From Octopus vulgaris (lineage: Eukaryota), in NCBI GenBank assembly GCA_951406725.2, contig OX597814.1, positions 83,204,001 through 83,268,000 on the forward strand: 64,000 nucleotides of DNA, read 5' to 3'. A model generated the notes under the pieces. The model was not told the origin of the DNA. It worked only from the letters and a program-made list of their open reading frames with translations, and made no database searches. Below, in pieces: positions 25,989-39,046 of the stretch. The position numbers were made by a program, and so were the translations under genes. The number at the start of each line of letters is the position of its first letter. Positions within the stretch are counted from its first letter, which is position 1.

Positions 25989-26875
25989 TGAAGGGGTACC
26001 CAAAAGTAACCAGAATTTTATTCATTTAGTTTTACATGTTTACACTTTTATTGCCTTCAAAGTATTCTCCATTTGAAGCAAGGCATCAGTCCAGATGTGT
26101 TTTCCACTATTCGAAGCAGTACTGGAACTCTTGTGAAGAGATGCCTTTTAGTGCCTCTGTCATTTTTTTCTTCACATCTTCCACATCTGCAAATTCTGTA
26201 GCACCAGCTTTCATCACCAGTGATGACCTTTGGGAAAAGGTCCAGATCAACTTCCAATTGTGTTTCCAATTCATGACACACATTCAGTAGTGACTGTTTT
26301 TGATCTTCCATGAGCAAGTGAGTTGCATATTTTGCTGCAACTCTTTTCATTTGCAGTTCTTCACTCAAAATTCATTGGCAGGAGCTCCAGGACACACCAA
26401 TCAGATCAACAAGTTCGTCAGTTGTTCAATGACTCTCCTCCAAGATCAGTTCATGAATTTTCACAATGTTTTCATTCATTCAGGAGGTCAACAGTTGCCC
26501 TGAACAAGGTTGGTCTTCAAGTGACAAGTGACCATTCCTTGTGAACCACTTGTAAACTTGTGTTTTGCTCAAGGCAACATCCTTGTAAGCTGTTTGGAGA
26601 ATGGCAACTATTTTGACTGCCATTTTTCCCAGCAGAAAACAGAATTTCATAGAAGCATGCTGTTCCTTTGTTTCAGCCATTGCAAAAATCAATGAACAAG
26701 GGAGAAGCACTGCAAAACAAAGACATGCGACATGTCAGTACGACCTCACCAAATGCTGCCAGTTGACAGACTGATGCTTGAGAGCTGCATCAAGTAACTT
26801 ATAGCAGCAGAGGCCTGAATTACAACAGGCGTGTCCGACTGAGAATGTTTCTGGTTACTTTTGAGTGCTCCCTCA
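25989..26875 (-). mobile_element. Internally deleted mariner (887 bp)
   Basis: ITRs TGAAGGGGTACCCAAAAGTAACCAGAA / TTCTGGTTACTTTTGAGTGCTCCCTCA with TA flanks; MAETKEQHASMKFCFLLGK..., KVITGDESWCY joined directly to the C-terminal FADVEDVKKKMTEALK...GEYFEG; second and third catalytic motifs deleted. Confidence 0.9.
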
Positions 26876-26885
26876 TATATATATA

Positions 26886-28115
26886 AACAACACATTCTTC
26901 TTCAATGGAAAGAATTACATCCAAATTAGAGGCACGGCAATGGGAACGAGGTTTGCTCCTGTTTACGCCAACTCTGTAATGGGATACTTAGAACAACAAC
27001 TCTACCAAGAGGTGGAGGTAAACTATGACACTGGATTTAGAAAGTATATTGAAAAGGCATGGAAGAGATACCTTGACGACTGCTTCATAATCTGGACAGA
27101 ATCTCTAAATACTCTGGAAGAGTTCAATATCCTTCTGAACAACCTACACCCATCTCTCCAATTTACAAAGGAGATGAGTAGTACCAAATTACCATTCCTA
27201 GATATAATAGTAATTAAAAAAGACACCACCATCACCACAGATATATACTATAAATACACAGACACACATCAATATCTAAATTTTAAGTCGTGCCATCCAC
27301 CACATACAAAACGCAACATTCCATACTGCCTAGCCAGAAGAATTTGTACCATTATAGAAGATGCAAATATCAGGAACAAACGCCTAACAGAACTAAGAGA
27401 ATTTTTGCTCAAACAAAAATACCCATCTCTACTTATAGAAAATGGCATACAGCGGGCTATAAAAATACCCATACAACAACTTAGGACAACCCAAGGAAGA
27501 GGAAAACAAGAACAAGTCATACCATTCATAGTGACACACAACCCATGTCACCAGAATATCTTCAACATTGCCAAAGCAAACCTACCAATCATTGCTCAAA
27601 GTAATGAATTAAAAGACATAATCATGGATCGAGCTATGGTTCTTAGTAAAAGACAGCCTAAAAACTTAAAAAAATCACTAACAAAGGCAAAATTTGACCT
27701 TAGCAACAAAGACCAAACATTCACTGTATCTAAATGCAATGATAGCCAAGGTGGCACATGCCAATTCATACATACCGGCCAATATATAAACACAAAAACC
27801 AGGAAAATATTCACAAACGCAAATATGAACTGCAAAAGCAGAAATTTAATTTACTGCATCAAATGCCCAAATTGTGAAGAAATATATGTTGGTCAGACGG
27901 GAAATACACTATCAGAACGCTCACGTGTACACCGACAACAGATAAGAGACCCAGAGGTCTGTTAGATACCTTTGAGTAACCACCTAGCAACATGTGGTCG
28001 GAAAATATATATAATATTTCCATTCTTCAAATTACACAGCCCAAGTGAAATCGAGAGGAAAATCAGAGAAAAGAATTTTATTGATAAATTCGAACCCAAG
28101 CTAAATAAGCAATAA
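26886..28115 (+). pseudogene. PLE polyprotein: RT C-terminal half plus GIY-YIG endonuclease, one premature stop
   Basis: GTAMGTRFAPVYAN, KRYLDDCF, LPFLDI, YLNFKSCHP (PLE RT); CKSRNLIYCIKCPNC..IYVGQT...RVH (GIY-YIG); TAG at 27963-27965 is followed in frame by IPLSNHLATC...ERKIREKNFIDKFEPKLNKQ* ending 28115. Confidence 0.93.
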
Positions 28116-28344
28116 CAATAATACTTAGCAGGAAAATTATCTTATTTAGGGTTAAAAGTTCTATTGCCACCACCATCACCACTAGCAACAATAATTAAGG
28201 TACTGACAATGATGATGATGACAATTAAAATATAAAAATCTCTGACAAAGGCTATTTACAACATTTCTAAAAATAGCCCAACAATTGTTGCCTCGGCCAG
28301 GGTTAAGATACAGGACTCTTGACATGTTCAACAAAGGGTGATGC

Positions 28345-28465
28345 CTAAACCAATCAGCTCAACCAACCAATCAGCTTAAGTAATTAAGTGATACTACACA
28401 CTGATTGGTCAGAATACAGTTTGCAAAACCTAGCAATCTGGAGCCTACACAGCTGTATTTAAGGC
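28345..28465 (+). promoter_or_regulatory. PLE pseudo-LTR promoter-like region
   Basis: Two AACCAATCAGC boxes, one CTGATTGG, and GTATTTAAGG upstream of the hammerhead. Confidence 0.5.
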
Positions 28466-28526
28466 ACAGATTTAATCATCTCGCTACAGTCAAAAATTGT
28501 GAAGCATGACTGTCACCACTACTACA

Positions 28527-28571
28527 TGAACCTGAAGATTGCAGAATTTAATGCATGAAAGTACTAGTTCA
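28527..28571 (+). ncRNA. Minimal type I hammerhead ribozyme of the PLE
   Basis: TGAAC-CTGAAGA-T-TGCA-gaatttaa-TGCA-T-GAAA-GTAC-TA-GTTCA: stem I TGAAC/GTTCA, stem II TGCA/TGCA, palindromic stem III AGTACT; predicted cleavage after A28566. Confidence 0.8.
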
Positions 28572-30519
28572 ATCAGAATGAACATTTAACATTCTATTAT
28601 TTTATTTTATTATATTATATTATATTATATTATATTATATTATATCATTATAAGATTGTAAATAAAACGTGAAAATCAGACAAGGTTGGAATTCCTTTTA
28701 TTAATATATTCTTCTATACACAATCACACACACCCGTATATATATCTATCTATCTATATATATATGTGTATACATACACACACACATATATACACACACA
28801 TATATATACACATATATATACACACATATATACACACACACATATATATACACACACACACACATATATACATAGAGAGAGAGAGATAATTTCTTTATTT
28901 CACATTACTGGTGCCAAGCTGTATCAGCCTTTGCCTTTCCTTGGATAACATTGGTTGCATGAAGAGGAGAGGCTGGTATGCATGGACAACTGCAGGTCTT
29001 CCATAAACGACCTTGCCTGGACTTGTGCTTTGGAGGAGAACTTTCTAGATTCTATCCCATTGTCATTCATGACCAAAGGGAGATTTTACCCTTTATAAAT
29101 ATAGATAAGTACACACACATTCACTCATTTATACACTCTCTCGTTCACTCAACAACCTATGATAGAATTATGGACTTACATTCAGAAAGTATATTACAGA
29201 AATTATTTGCCATTGTCTTACTCTAGACTTTCTATACTCAAGCTGTCTTCTTCTAGACTATGTGCCAGCCAAAATAATGTCAGCGACGAAGCCAAAACTG
29301 TACATATAATTTATCTTGCTCTCTATTTATGTTGTTTTGTGGTTCATTACTCTTCAGGTCATGGGGATCTCTTCTGAGGCGTTTGGTTGACCTTGCTTGA
29401 AATAGTTGCTCCTTAACATACCTTGAAATTTCAATAAAACCATAGTTGTGTAGCCTCACTAAGTGCTCACCAAGGCCTTAAATGGTGAAGTGGAATTTAT
29501 ACAGGAGCAGTTAAAATTTGCATCTCAAGCTGAAGAATCACTCATCAAATTAGCAGTAGCAGTACTGCTCCAACTTGAAGTAGTATTCTCTTCCTGTCTT
29601 ATTTACAGCAAGGACTCAGAGCCATTTGTGAGTTATTTCATGGCTACAAATACAATACAGTGCTAACACAATACAGCATATTAACCTCAGACCTGTAATC
29701 TGGCTATCTTCTCACCACTCAACACGTATGCACATGTGTACATGTGTTTTCTTTATAGCAGAAAGGATTAAGGAGGGGTACTTGTCTTATGATAAATAAC
29801 CAAATATGTCAAGGTACTCTTTTATTTGAAAATGTCAAGGCATTCTTTTATATGGAATGTGTCAAAGTAGAGAATAACAAAATGTTTTACATCTGTTTTG
29901 GTTTCACAATTAAAGTGTTAAAAACTGTAGGTTTAAGCCCTCAAATTTATCACAGATTTTTAAAAATTCATGCTATATTGCACTTAAAGTATTCCTTATT
30001 TGTTTAATAATGTCACCAACGAAGGCACTAAGTTGTGGTCTATGTTTGACTTAATGATTGCAACAGTCTCTTCATGGTCAAAATATTGAGGAGGAGTACC
30101 TAATTAACTATGACATCTGTCAAGGTTGTCTCCTATATTTTTCTGTGTGCAAAGAAAATGACAAGATGCCTTTACATTTGTTGTATTTCCCAATAATTTT
30201 AAAATTTGTAGATTTAACTGTTAAACTCATCATATGTCTATTTGCCTAGATATAGATATAAATATAGAAGTAGACTTGCAGGCACACATAAATACAAAAA
30301 AATAAACACTCATAAACAGATATATAAGTGCATACATGCACTCTCACTCACACACACTCACATACACACATGCACACACACACACAATCAGATTTCCCCT
30401 GAGCATGCAATCTAATTTCATGAAATTATTTCATAATTTCTTAAAAGATATTTCCCCTTTACTTTGAAAGTAATTAACAAATTCCACTAACTTTTTGTTT
30501 CCATTATTTTAATTGAGGG

Positions 30520-30710
30520 AAAGGCAGCAAGCTGGCAGAATCATTAGAGCATTGGCAAAAATGCTTAGTGATATTTCTTCTAGCTCTTTACATTTTTTGT
30601 TGAAATCCTGCCAAAGTTGACTTTGCCTTTCATCCTTTTGGGGTTGATAAATAAGTACAAATTGAGCAGTGAGGTTGATGTACAACTCTTGTGACAAAAT
30701 TTGAAATCAG
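30520..30710 (+). mobile_element. SINE family B copy (diverged)
   Basis: GGCAGCAAGCTGGCAGAATCATTAG...GTTGACTTTGCCTTTCATCCTTTTGGGGTTGATAAATAAGTAC. Confidence 0.7.
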
Positions 30711-30820
30711 TATTTCAGTTAAGAGGGAAATTTCCATCAACTAAGAATTTTTTGTGTATATCATTTAGTGTATTATCACCACTATGTATGTGTATGTATA
30801 CACACACATACACACCACAC

Positions 30821-30857
<37 letters not shown>

Positions 30858-32707
30858 ACACCCATGACTGATATAGAATTTTATTTGATTATCATTTAAG
30901 ATTTTTTACTGTCTGAAATATCTTGCTGTTTTTTATATATAGATTCTACATAACAAAACTTGGTACTATCCTCTACAGCTTAGTTCATGATTTATCTTGT
31001 CTGTTTTCAACACAGTAGAACTTCAAAGCTTTGGAGTTGTTTAGATGGTTTACTGATAATATTTATTTACTTATTTTGAGATTCTTGAAGTTGTAAATAT
31101 ATTCAAGAAGTATTGAGGGAATCTGAGTTGTAATTTATGCATCTTAGAGCTAATATCTTCTACATCAGCTTAACTGCTGAGTTGTGATGAGAAAAGTTCT
31201 TAGAACTCAATCAGATAATATGAGTGTCAGTTAGTTAACATGTGGTAGACAGAATCTAGACTAAGCATGGACATCCCTTTGCCAGAAGTGGGCCACATGA
31301 AACATAGCTTATCATCTGTTGAATCGCTATTGGGTAATTTTTTTTTATTAGGCATGCGATTCATAGTCTTGTGGGCTGCAGTTTACCCATGATTTAGATG
31401 TAATGATTTCCATGGACCTGATTGATTCCATGTTTGAGATGGCTCTTTATCCAAGTCCCACATCTTCATAGGATTTTTCATTGAATATTTCCCTCTCATA
31501 TGGTAGACACTGAAATATTGTTGCGTTGTCTTTTATAAAATATTTTTCTATTAACATTCATGTAATATTCAAGACATGCTAATTCATTGTTTTGTTTTTT
31601 TTAAATTGAGGTCTATCATTCCTTTTATTATTAAAGCTATATTATATATGTCATTCATGTTTTTATAGACAAGTAGTGTGTGTGTAGGCAAGACTATTAT
31701 TATTAATCAACAAAACCTCATGTTTTATTAAATAAATCATTTCTGTTTAATGTAGATATAGTTTTGGTTGATCTGTTAATTTCCTATTAGAAATTGTGCT
31801 ACTCACTAATAATCATAGAAGCAGTCTGCCACAACATTGTCTTAATTGTATTATAACATAACTCAATGCACATCATTTAGTACATTCAATTTCAACATTC
31901 TTACAACCAGATTCATACTGACTGTTGTTCACGGCAAATATTTGCATTGTTACTTTCTTCAGCAAAGCTATTGTTTGGTATTGCACGCTGACTGCATTTT
32001 CACTCATGCTGAAAGCTTTATCCATGGATATAGCAAGTGTGATATTATATCTATGTAGTCTATTTTTGTAAGTTCAAAATGTCTTAAATTTACATCAGTT
32101 TTGACCTCTCTGTATTATATTGGTAGAAAAATATCTGCCAATGTAATACATAACAGATAAAGGAAAGTAAGCAAATTCCATTAATTTCATTGATCCTAGT
32201 GTGCTTATTTCACTCACACACATACACACACACTGTGTTTTAATATTTTACTTAGGCATTATGAAATCCAGTGTAGAACTCAATATATGTGTGCTTCAGA
32301 ATGAAGTGTTACTGAATATAGAGTGGTAACAGGAAAAGATGACAAAAGAAGAAACGATTCTTATGAACTTCATTAGTTTACAGCCGTTTCTGCTATAAGA
32401 TGCAGTGGACTCATAGTTGAGTGCCTGGATAACACCTTATAGTTTCATTGGAGCCTCAAATATGAAGCACTATTTATTTGGGAAGTAATTGTATTTGTGC
32501 CTATCAACAAATGTAATGGCAACAGCAATAAGAAAAGTCAATACAGATGTATATAGAAAAATTTATATCTAAAATGTAATCAGATGCATTAGTGGAAATG
32601 TATTTGTACTTACGCATGCTCTCTGAGGCACACTCAAATACAGAAAGACAAACACAAACCCAACTCACAGAGACTTGCACATGCACTGAGACATATGTAC
32701 ACAAGTA

Positions 32708-33050
32708 TGAGTGGTAAGAAGCTTGCTTCCCAATCCCATGATTCTGGGTTCAAACCCACTCTGTGGCACCTTGAGTAAGTGTCTTCTTTAACTTCAAGCC
32801 AATCAAAGCCTTGTGAGTAGATCTGGAAGACAGGAAATGAAGTGTCTTTGTGTGTGTCTGACCCCACCACCATATGATAACCAGTGTTGGTGAGTTTACA
32901 TTCCTTTAACTCAGTGGTTTGACAAAATAAATACCAGGCTTAGCAAAGAGAAATAAGTACTAGGGTTGATTAATTTGACTAAAAATGCTTCATGGTGGTG
33001 CCCCACCATGACCACAACCTAGTGACAGAAACAAGTAAAGGGTAAGAGAT
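32708..33050 (+). mobile_element. SINE family A copy
   Basis: Colinear with 1745-2097. Confidence 0.75.
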
Positions 33051-33075
33051 AATAAATATACATGTATTTGTGTAT

Positions 33076-33120
<45 letters not shown>

Positions 33121-35938
33121 TTTTGTTTTTTGTATCTATATCATAGATGTAATATGTTTCTTGAATTCCACTTTTCTTAAGAGTTGATGGAATAAAACAC
33201 CAGTGGTAGACTGGAGTTTAAATGCTCTTCTATCTTCTAAAACATTGGGCTTGTGTTTAGTCTAAGAAAATCTTATTATGCACTTTCCAAATGATGGTAA
33301 AGTGGTAAAAGAATGGACTCTACATATTAAATTCAGATCCCTCTTGTTCTCCTTCTAAGGTAATTAAGGTAAAGTTCTTGACATGTACTGTGGTCAGTTC
33401 AATTGGCTACAACCATTTTCTATGAATTTGTGGCATTCTGTTTTATGTATGTGTACATATAGTGAGTGTAATTGGTTTTGTGTGTATGTATGTACACACA
33501 CATACACACACAATCACATATATTCACTTACACATACACAAAATAGAATGCCAAAAATTTATAAAAGGTAGTTGTAGTCAATTAGAGATACACACAAACA
33601 TACATGATTGTGATCTGAATAAATGATAAATTTAACATACCTATTAATATTTATAGATATCCTCATCTCTCTCTCATTTGCTTTCTTTCTTTGTTAATTA
33701 ATGTGTTCACACGTGTGCCAGTGTATATATGGCTGTATATTAATTAGAGAGAAAGAGAAATATTAAAGATATTCCAGTGATATAGAAAAACAGAGAAGAA
33801 GAAGAAATAGAAGTAAAAAGATATATAGCTATAAACAGAAAGATGGAAAGGAACTAAAGTAAAGGCAGAGAGGGAGATTGAGAAAGGAAGAAAAGTAGAA
33901 AGAAGTAAAGAAGAAAAAATCAAAGTTCAGAGCTAAGCAGAAAAAGTATGATACGTGAGAGTTAGTGAAGTGAATATATAAACTATGGGAAGTAGAGATA
34001 GTGAAAAGGATCAACAGAGTGGGATGGTTAATAGAAAGAATTGGAAATATTATGAGAGTGAAAGAAAGAGAAAACAGAGATGAAATTAGAGAGAATGGAG
34101 GTGGGTGAAGAAAGATGAAGAAAACTTTCTAGAACTGTTGAAGTGATAATAAATTATTAACAGGAGACTATTGCAGAAAAAAATATCTGCATCGATATAT
34201 CCTATAACCAGAAGAGGAAACATTTAGCTTTGTTCAGCTCTCCCCAAAATAACCCTTCATGAGAAAGTTGTCCACTTGCACACTCAGACACATCACATGT
34301 TTTACTTTCTTTCTTCCTTTCTCTCTACCCTTGCAGACAGCTGAACATATATTACACCTGATCTCCCTCTTCTTTTCTTTCACATACCCACTGTCTCCAT
34401 ACCTTTTCCCCTGTCATACCCATTGCAATTAAAAAACTACTGATATCACCACTGCCATCACCAGCTCTAACTATCATTATTATTTGTGTGTTTTGTTTGT
34501 CATATTGTTTACTAATCAAAGCTTTCAGAGATTGGGTTTCTTGGGAAGTTAAGTGAAACAATGAATGGTTGAATGGTTGGACAGTGGAATGGTTGGAGTT
34601 GTAGTTGAGTGGGTTAGTGGATAAAAGGAGAGATGGACAGAGCAATTGTGAGTTTGTGTGTGTATACTTAGTGTGTTTTATTGCTACCAACAGCATCATC
34701 AATAACACTATTTTAACTATCACTAACACCATTACTAGTACTGCCATCAAATCCACCACTACTACAGTTCTACTACCTCCACTGCCACAACCACTACCAT
34801 CAGTAATAGCATCATTACAAGCTATGTGATTGCTTGACTTGCTAGAAACAGTAACCAAATATCCTTTAAATCACTCTAGCATTTTAAAAAAAGGTTAAGG
34901 TTACATTAATGTAGCCCTAAAAAAACCCTTTAAATAATGGGGTGGTCATGTCTGGAATACCTTTGATCCTAAGATCTGTTCAGTCAGGGTTGATATAGAG
35001 TTATACAGTATCAATATAACACCATCATCATCACCCAAACAGTATTACTATAACAACCACTTGTACCATTATTCCATGACTACCAACAAAATCATAATTT
35101 TTCAATTCTTCTATCACAAACACCAGTACTGCTATTCTATCATTATCATCTTCATCATCATCATCATTGTTGCCATCATCATCATCTCAAGCTTTTCTAG
35201 CACTATCAATATTTCCACTGTCATCACCATCACCTCCACTTACCCTTTACTTTTTCTGTCTCATACTCAGATTACCCATTGCAGTCTTTTAGGGGGTTAA
35301 TTACTTGTAATCTATTAACATAGTGTGAAACTTGAGACAAACATCCATTTCTGTCCACAGTTGTTTTTTTTTTCATTTGTGATTGTGTGTGTGTGTGATA
35401 ACTGAGAACAGCCAAACATAATGCCCAGACAGAAGGAGGATGGTCGGTAATAAAAATATATTCTACAAGGCTACCCTTTCTCAGCTGATTGTCTGTTGAA
35501 GATCTCCATTAGTAGTGAAACCATTCTAATAACCATTTTGAGCCACTGTTACATTTACAAACCAATGGAAGATTGTCTAAACTACAGATGGTGGAGAACA
35601 TCTCATGTGCAGGCAAAATTTTACTTGCACTTAGACTGAAACTGTCATTGATGAAGTCTCAAAGGACTTGTGTGAAAAAAAAGACAGCTTTAACTAGTGG
35701 CTCTCAAATTTTGTTGCTCACTGCCCCCTTTTTTATCATATGGTCTTTTATAAAACCCTCTTTTTCCCTTTTTATCTTTTTACTTGTTTCAGTCATTGGA
35801 CTGTGACCATGCTGAGGTCACTGTCTTGAACAATTTAGTTGAACAAATCAATCCCAATATTTATTTTTAAGTTTGGTGCTTATCCTATTGATTTTTCATC
35901 ACCTGGTACAAAGCCATCTCCCTCAATACCACTCATGC

Positions 35939-36250
35939 TTTGAGTTGAGGGATCTCTGTCTGAAAAGCATCTAAGCCACTCTATAAAGTGGTTGGCATTT
36001 GGAAGGGCATGCATCAGTAAAACCATATCAAAACAGACAATGGAGCTTGGGACAATCCTTTGGTTTACCAGCTCCCAACAAATTGTCCATCCAATTTGAG
36101 TTGAGAGATCTCTGTCTGAAAAGCACCAAGCCCACTCTATAAAGTGGTTGGCATTTGGAAGGGCATGCATCAGTATAACCATATCAAAACAGACAGTGGA
36201 ACTTAGGACAATCCTTTGGTTTACCAGCTCCCATCAAATTGTCCATCCAA
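35939..36250 (+). repeat. 156-bp tandem duplication inside an RTE 3' UTR
   Basis: Units 35939-36094 and 36095-36250 both start TTTGAGTTGAG.GATCTCTGTCTGAAAAGCA and end AAATTGTCCATCCAA. Confidence 0.9.
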
Positions 36251-37444
36251 TGCCATCACAGAAAACAGACATTAAATGATGATGATGATGACCATTATTG
36301 CTGTTGCAGAGCAAGCTTCTCAACCACACAATCATATTTAAGCAAAACAATCAAAAGAAAAACAAACAGCAATTATTTTGATTAAATAGAAGCACATATT
36401 TTCTTGTACTTTCCATTGAACATTTACCTTTTTTTGCATATTTCTATCAACTAGAGCCCTATATTTTAAATTTTTATGGAAATTACTAAAGAATCTAAAG
36501 GCTTCACCATTGTTTTATTGACTACTTTTCCATGCTTGCATGGGTTGAATGGAACCCTCACCTGTTTCCAAGTAAGGTACCATTATCCCATGGAAGATTG
36601 GGAACAAAAGACATCACTTACATACCAGTGACACACTTTTACACAACCATCATGTGATGTCAAAACAAGGAGACACCAGCACATTCACACATGCTCATAT
36701 ACATATATATATATATATATATACAATGTTGGTGTTAGGAAGGGCATCTGGCCATAGAAACCATGTCAAGTCAGACTGGAATTTGGTGCAGCTCTCTGGC
36801 TTATGATTTCCAGTCAAACCATCTAACCCATGCCAGCATGGAAAGCAGACACTAAGTGATAATGATGTTGACAATGAGCTTCTTTCAGTTTCTATGTACC
36901 AAATTCACTCACAAAACTTTGGTCAGCCCAGGGTTGACCAAATATCTTCAGCTGTGTGACACCTTGGGCAAATGTCTAAGGACTAGAGTTGAAGACATTT
37001 ACCTAAGGTGTCACACAGTGGGAGTCAATCTGAAATTGTGTTGGCAGCCTTTTTAACCACAAACCCATGCCTGCAACCTATATAAGGAAATTATTTTGGG
37101 TCTTGTTATATCATCAATCATCTTTTCTACACACTGTTCTATTCATATTCTAAATCTGGCAAAATATTTGTTTTTGAAAATGGGTTTAAAATATAAGTAG
37201 TGTGCCAGGTTAAAATTTTATTCCTAAGAAAAATTAAGACCCCTATAAACACCTAACACTCCCTAAAGTAACCCATTGATATTCAATTACCTCTTGTATG
37301 CCAACAATGCTCCCAACAAGCTGTTATCACACATGTTAAAGACCACTGGTTTATACCTTAAGATCAAAACAGTAATTTATTGTAATTGCATACCTGTGCA
37401 TTTATAAAATTTAAAAATACTATATTTTCATTATTATCTTACAT

Positions 37445-37695
37445 CAGTGTTTCTCAACCATTTTTTATCTGTGGACCCACTTTGATTCCTATTGTACTTG
37501 GATGGACCCTCATAGCCATTCAATGTTTAAAAAAATCATATTTTTATAATTAAATATTATAACGAATCGTATAAAAAAAATTGTTAAAATATTTTGTGAA
37601 TTGTAGAAATATAACAAATTTATTGCAGATAAATTTTAACAACAAAATCTTATATGGCCCCCAAGGTCCTTATGAATCTTGATTGAGAAGCACTA
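37445..37695. mobile_element. hAT (Charlie-like) MITE
   Basis: TIRs CAGTGTTTCTCAACC / GATTGAGAAGCACTA; imperfect 8-bp TSD TCTTACAT / CCCTACAT with central TA. Confidence 0.75.
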
Positions 37696-39046
37696 CCCTA
37701 CATGGTCCCCTTGTTAGCTAGAAATAGTAGTCATATTTCCTTTAAGCCACACCCTGCTCAATTATGACTTTTGTATGACTGAAACTCTTTTACAACCACC
37801 ATGTGATGCCAAAACAAGGAGACACTATTACACACACACATGGAAAGGAAGGATACACTGTCTGAAAAAAGGGATGAGATGGTCATGGCTGGCATGCCTT
37901 TGGTCATAAGGTCTGCTTAGTTAGAGCTACCTGGGGCTAAAACATTAACTGTTATATTTATAATTTTGAATTAAGATTACAAAATTATATCAGATCAGGT
38001 GAGTTTTGGCAACAGGAAGGGTATCCAACCATAGAAAATTCACCTCAACAAGTTCTGTCTGACACATGCAACCACGAAGAAATGTATATGTTAAAACAAT
38101 GATGATGATAGTTTGGAAGTGAAAAAGTGGAAGCAGAGAGAGAGAAAAGAGGAAGAAAAGATAGAAAGAGGGAATAGAGAGATAGATCAAAGAATGAGAA
38201 AGATAGTGGGGGCAAAGAAACAAAATGAAAAGTGAGAGATAAATGATTAAAGAGAAAATTGAATAGAAGCAGTGAGTTGAGATAAACTAAGAAAAAGGAT
38301 CAAAGAGAGAGGAGAGAAAGAAATGAAAAAAAAAGAGATAAGGAAAACAAAAAAAAAAGAAATTATCAAATGCAAATGCAAAGAATAGGAAATTAATGAG
38401 GAAAAGATAGTGAGACAGAAAGACTGGGCTATGCACATATACACGCATGCATATTCACACACACATACACACATAGACACAGATCATTTGACAGGTTTCA
38501 TCTAGCCAATTTCAGTCACAAAGTGTAGAAGTTCAGATGGACTGTAACTGTAATTCAAAGAACCAGCTCATCACACACTGCATCATACTGATTCTGATTG
38601 AAGAATAGATTAAGAGTACATGTGTCAGTAGAGTACTCACTACATACAATACATTAGCAGGTAGTTCAGTTGATCAAACAAATATAATATAGTCATTTTC
38701 AAAACCAATGGAGGATCCATTTACAGGTGCTCAGTACTCTCTCTTTCTCTCTTTTCCTCTCTTTCTCTCTCTCTTCCTCTCTTTTTCTCATGCACACATG
38801 ATTGCATGTTGGTACACACTCATACCCACACAAGGTAATTCAGAAGTTCCTTTAGCATTTAAATGATATAGATTTTAATTTGTTTTATTTTGTTATAAAT
38901 TTTGCTTTTCTATAATTTTAATATTGTCTTTCCTGTTTTGCTGTGATATTTTAAATAGAAAAATGCCAAACTATTTTTAAAAATTGAGTAAATAGTTATT
39001 CTTGTCTTCAAAATGTCACAATATAATGGTAACCAAAATTTAGTGT

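Larger units (their letters stand above)
26886..28700 (+). mobile_element. 5'-truncated Penelope-like element (PLE) with 3' pseudo-LTR
   Basis: RT + GIY-YIG ORF followed by a non-coding region with CCAAT boxes, a TATA-like motif, a hammerhead ribozyme and AATAAA (~28661); begins in the (TA)n right after the mariner ITR. Right boundary approximate. Confidence 0.88.

Noticed and set aside
26865-26885. Start of the 366-aa ORF
   Set aside because: The GTG start lies in the mariner ITR and (TA)n; the PLE is 5'-truncated, so this is not a real start or a mariner-PLE fusion protein.
29326-29362. Minus-strand CTGAAGA...CACAAAAC hammerhead-like string
   Set aside because: Too many changes are needed to restore stems and the cleavage triplet.
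29463-29666. 67-aa ORF with ordinary composition
   Set aside because: Non-ATG start, no recognisable domain and no convincing splice sites.
32368-32467. Minus-strand GAAACGGCTGTA with flanking CTTCAT/ATGAAG suggesting a hammerhead
   Set aside because: The CUGANGA half of the core is missing; at best an inactive remnant.
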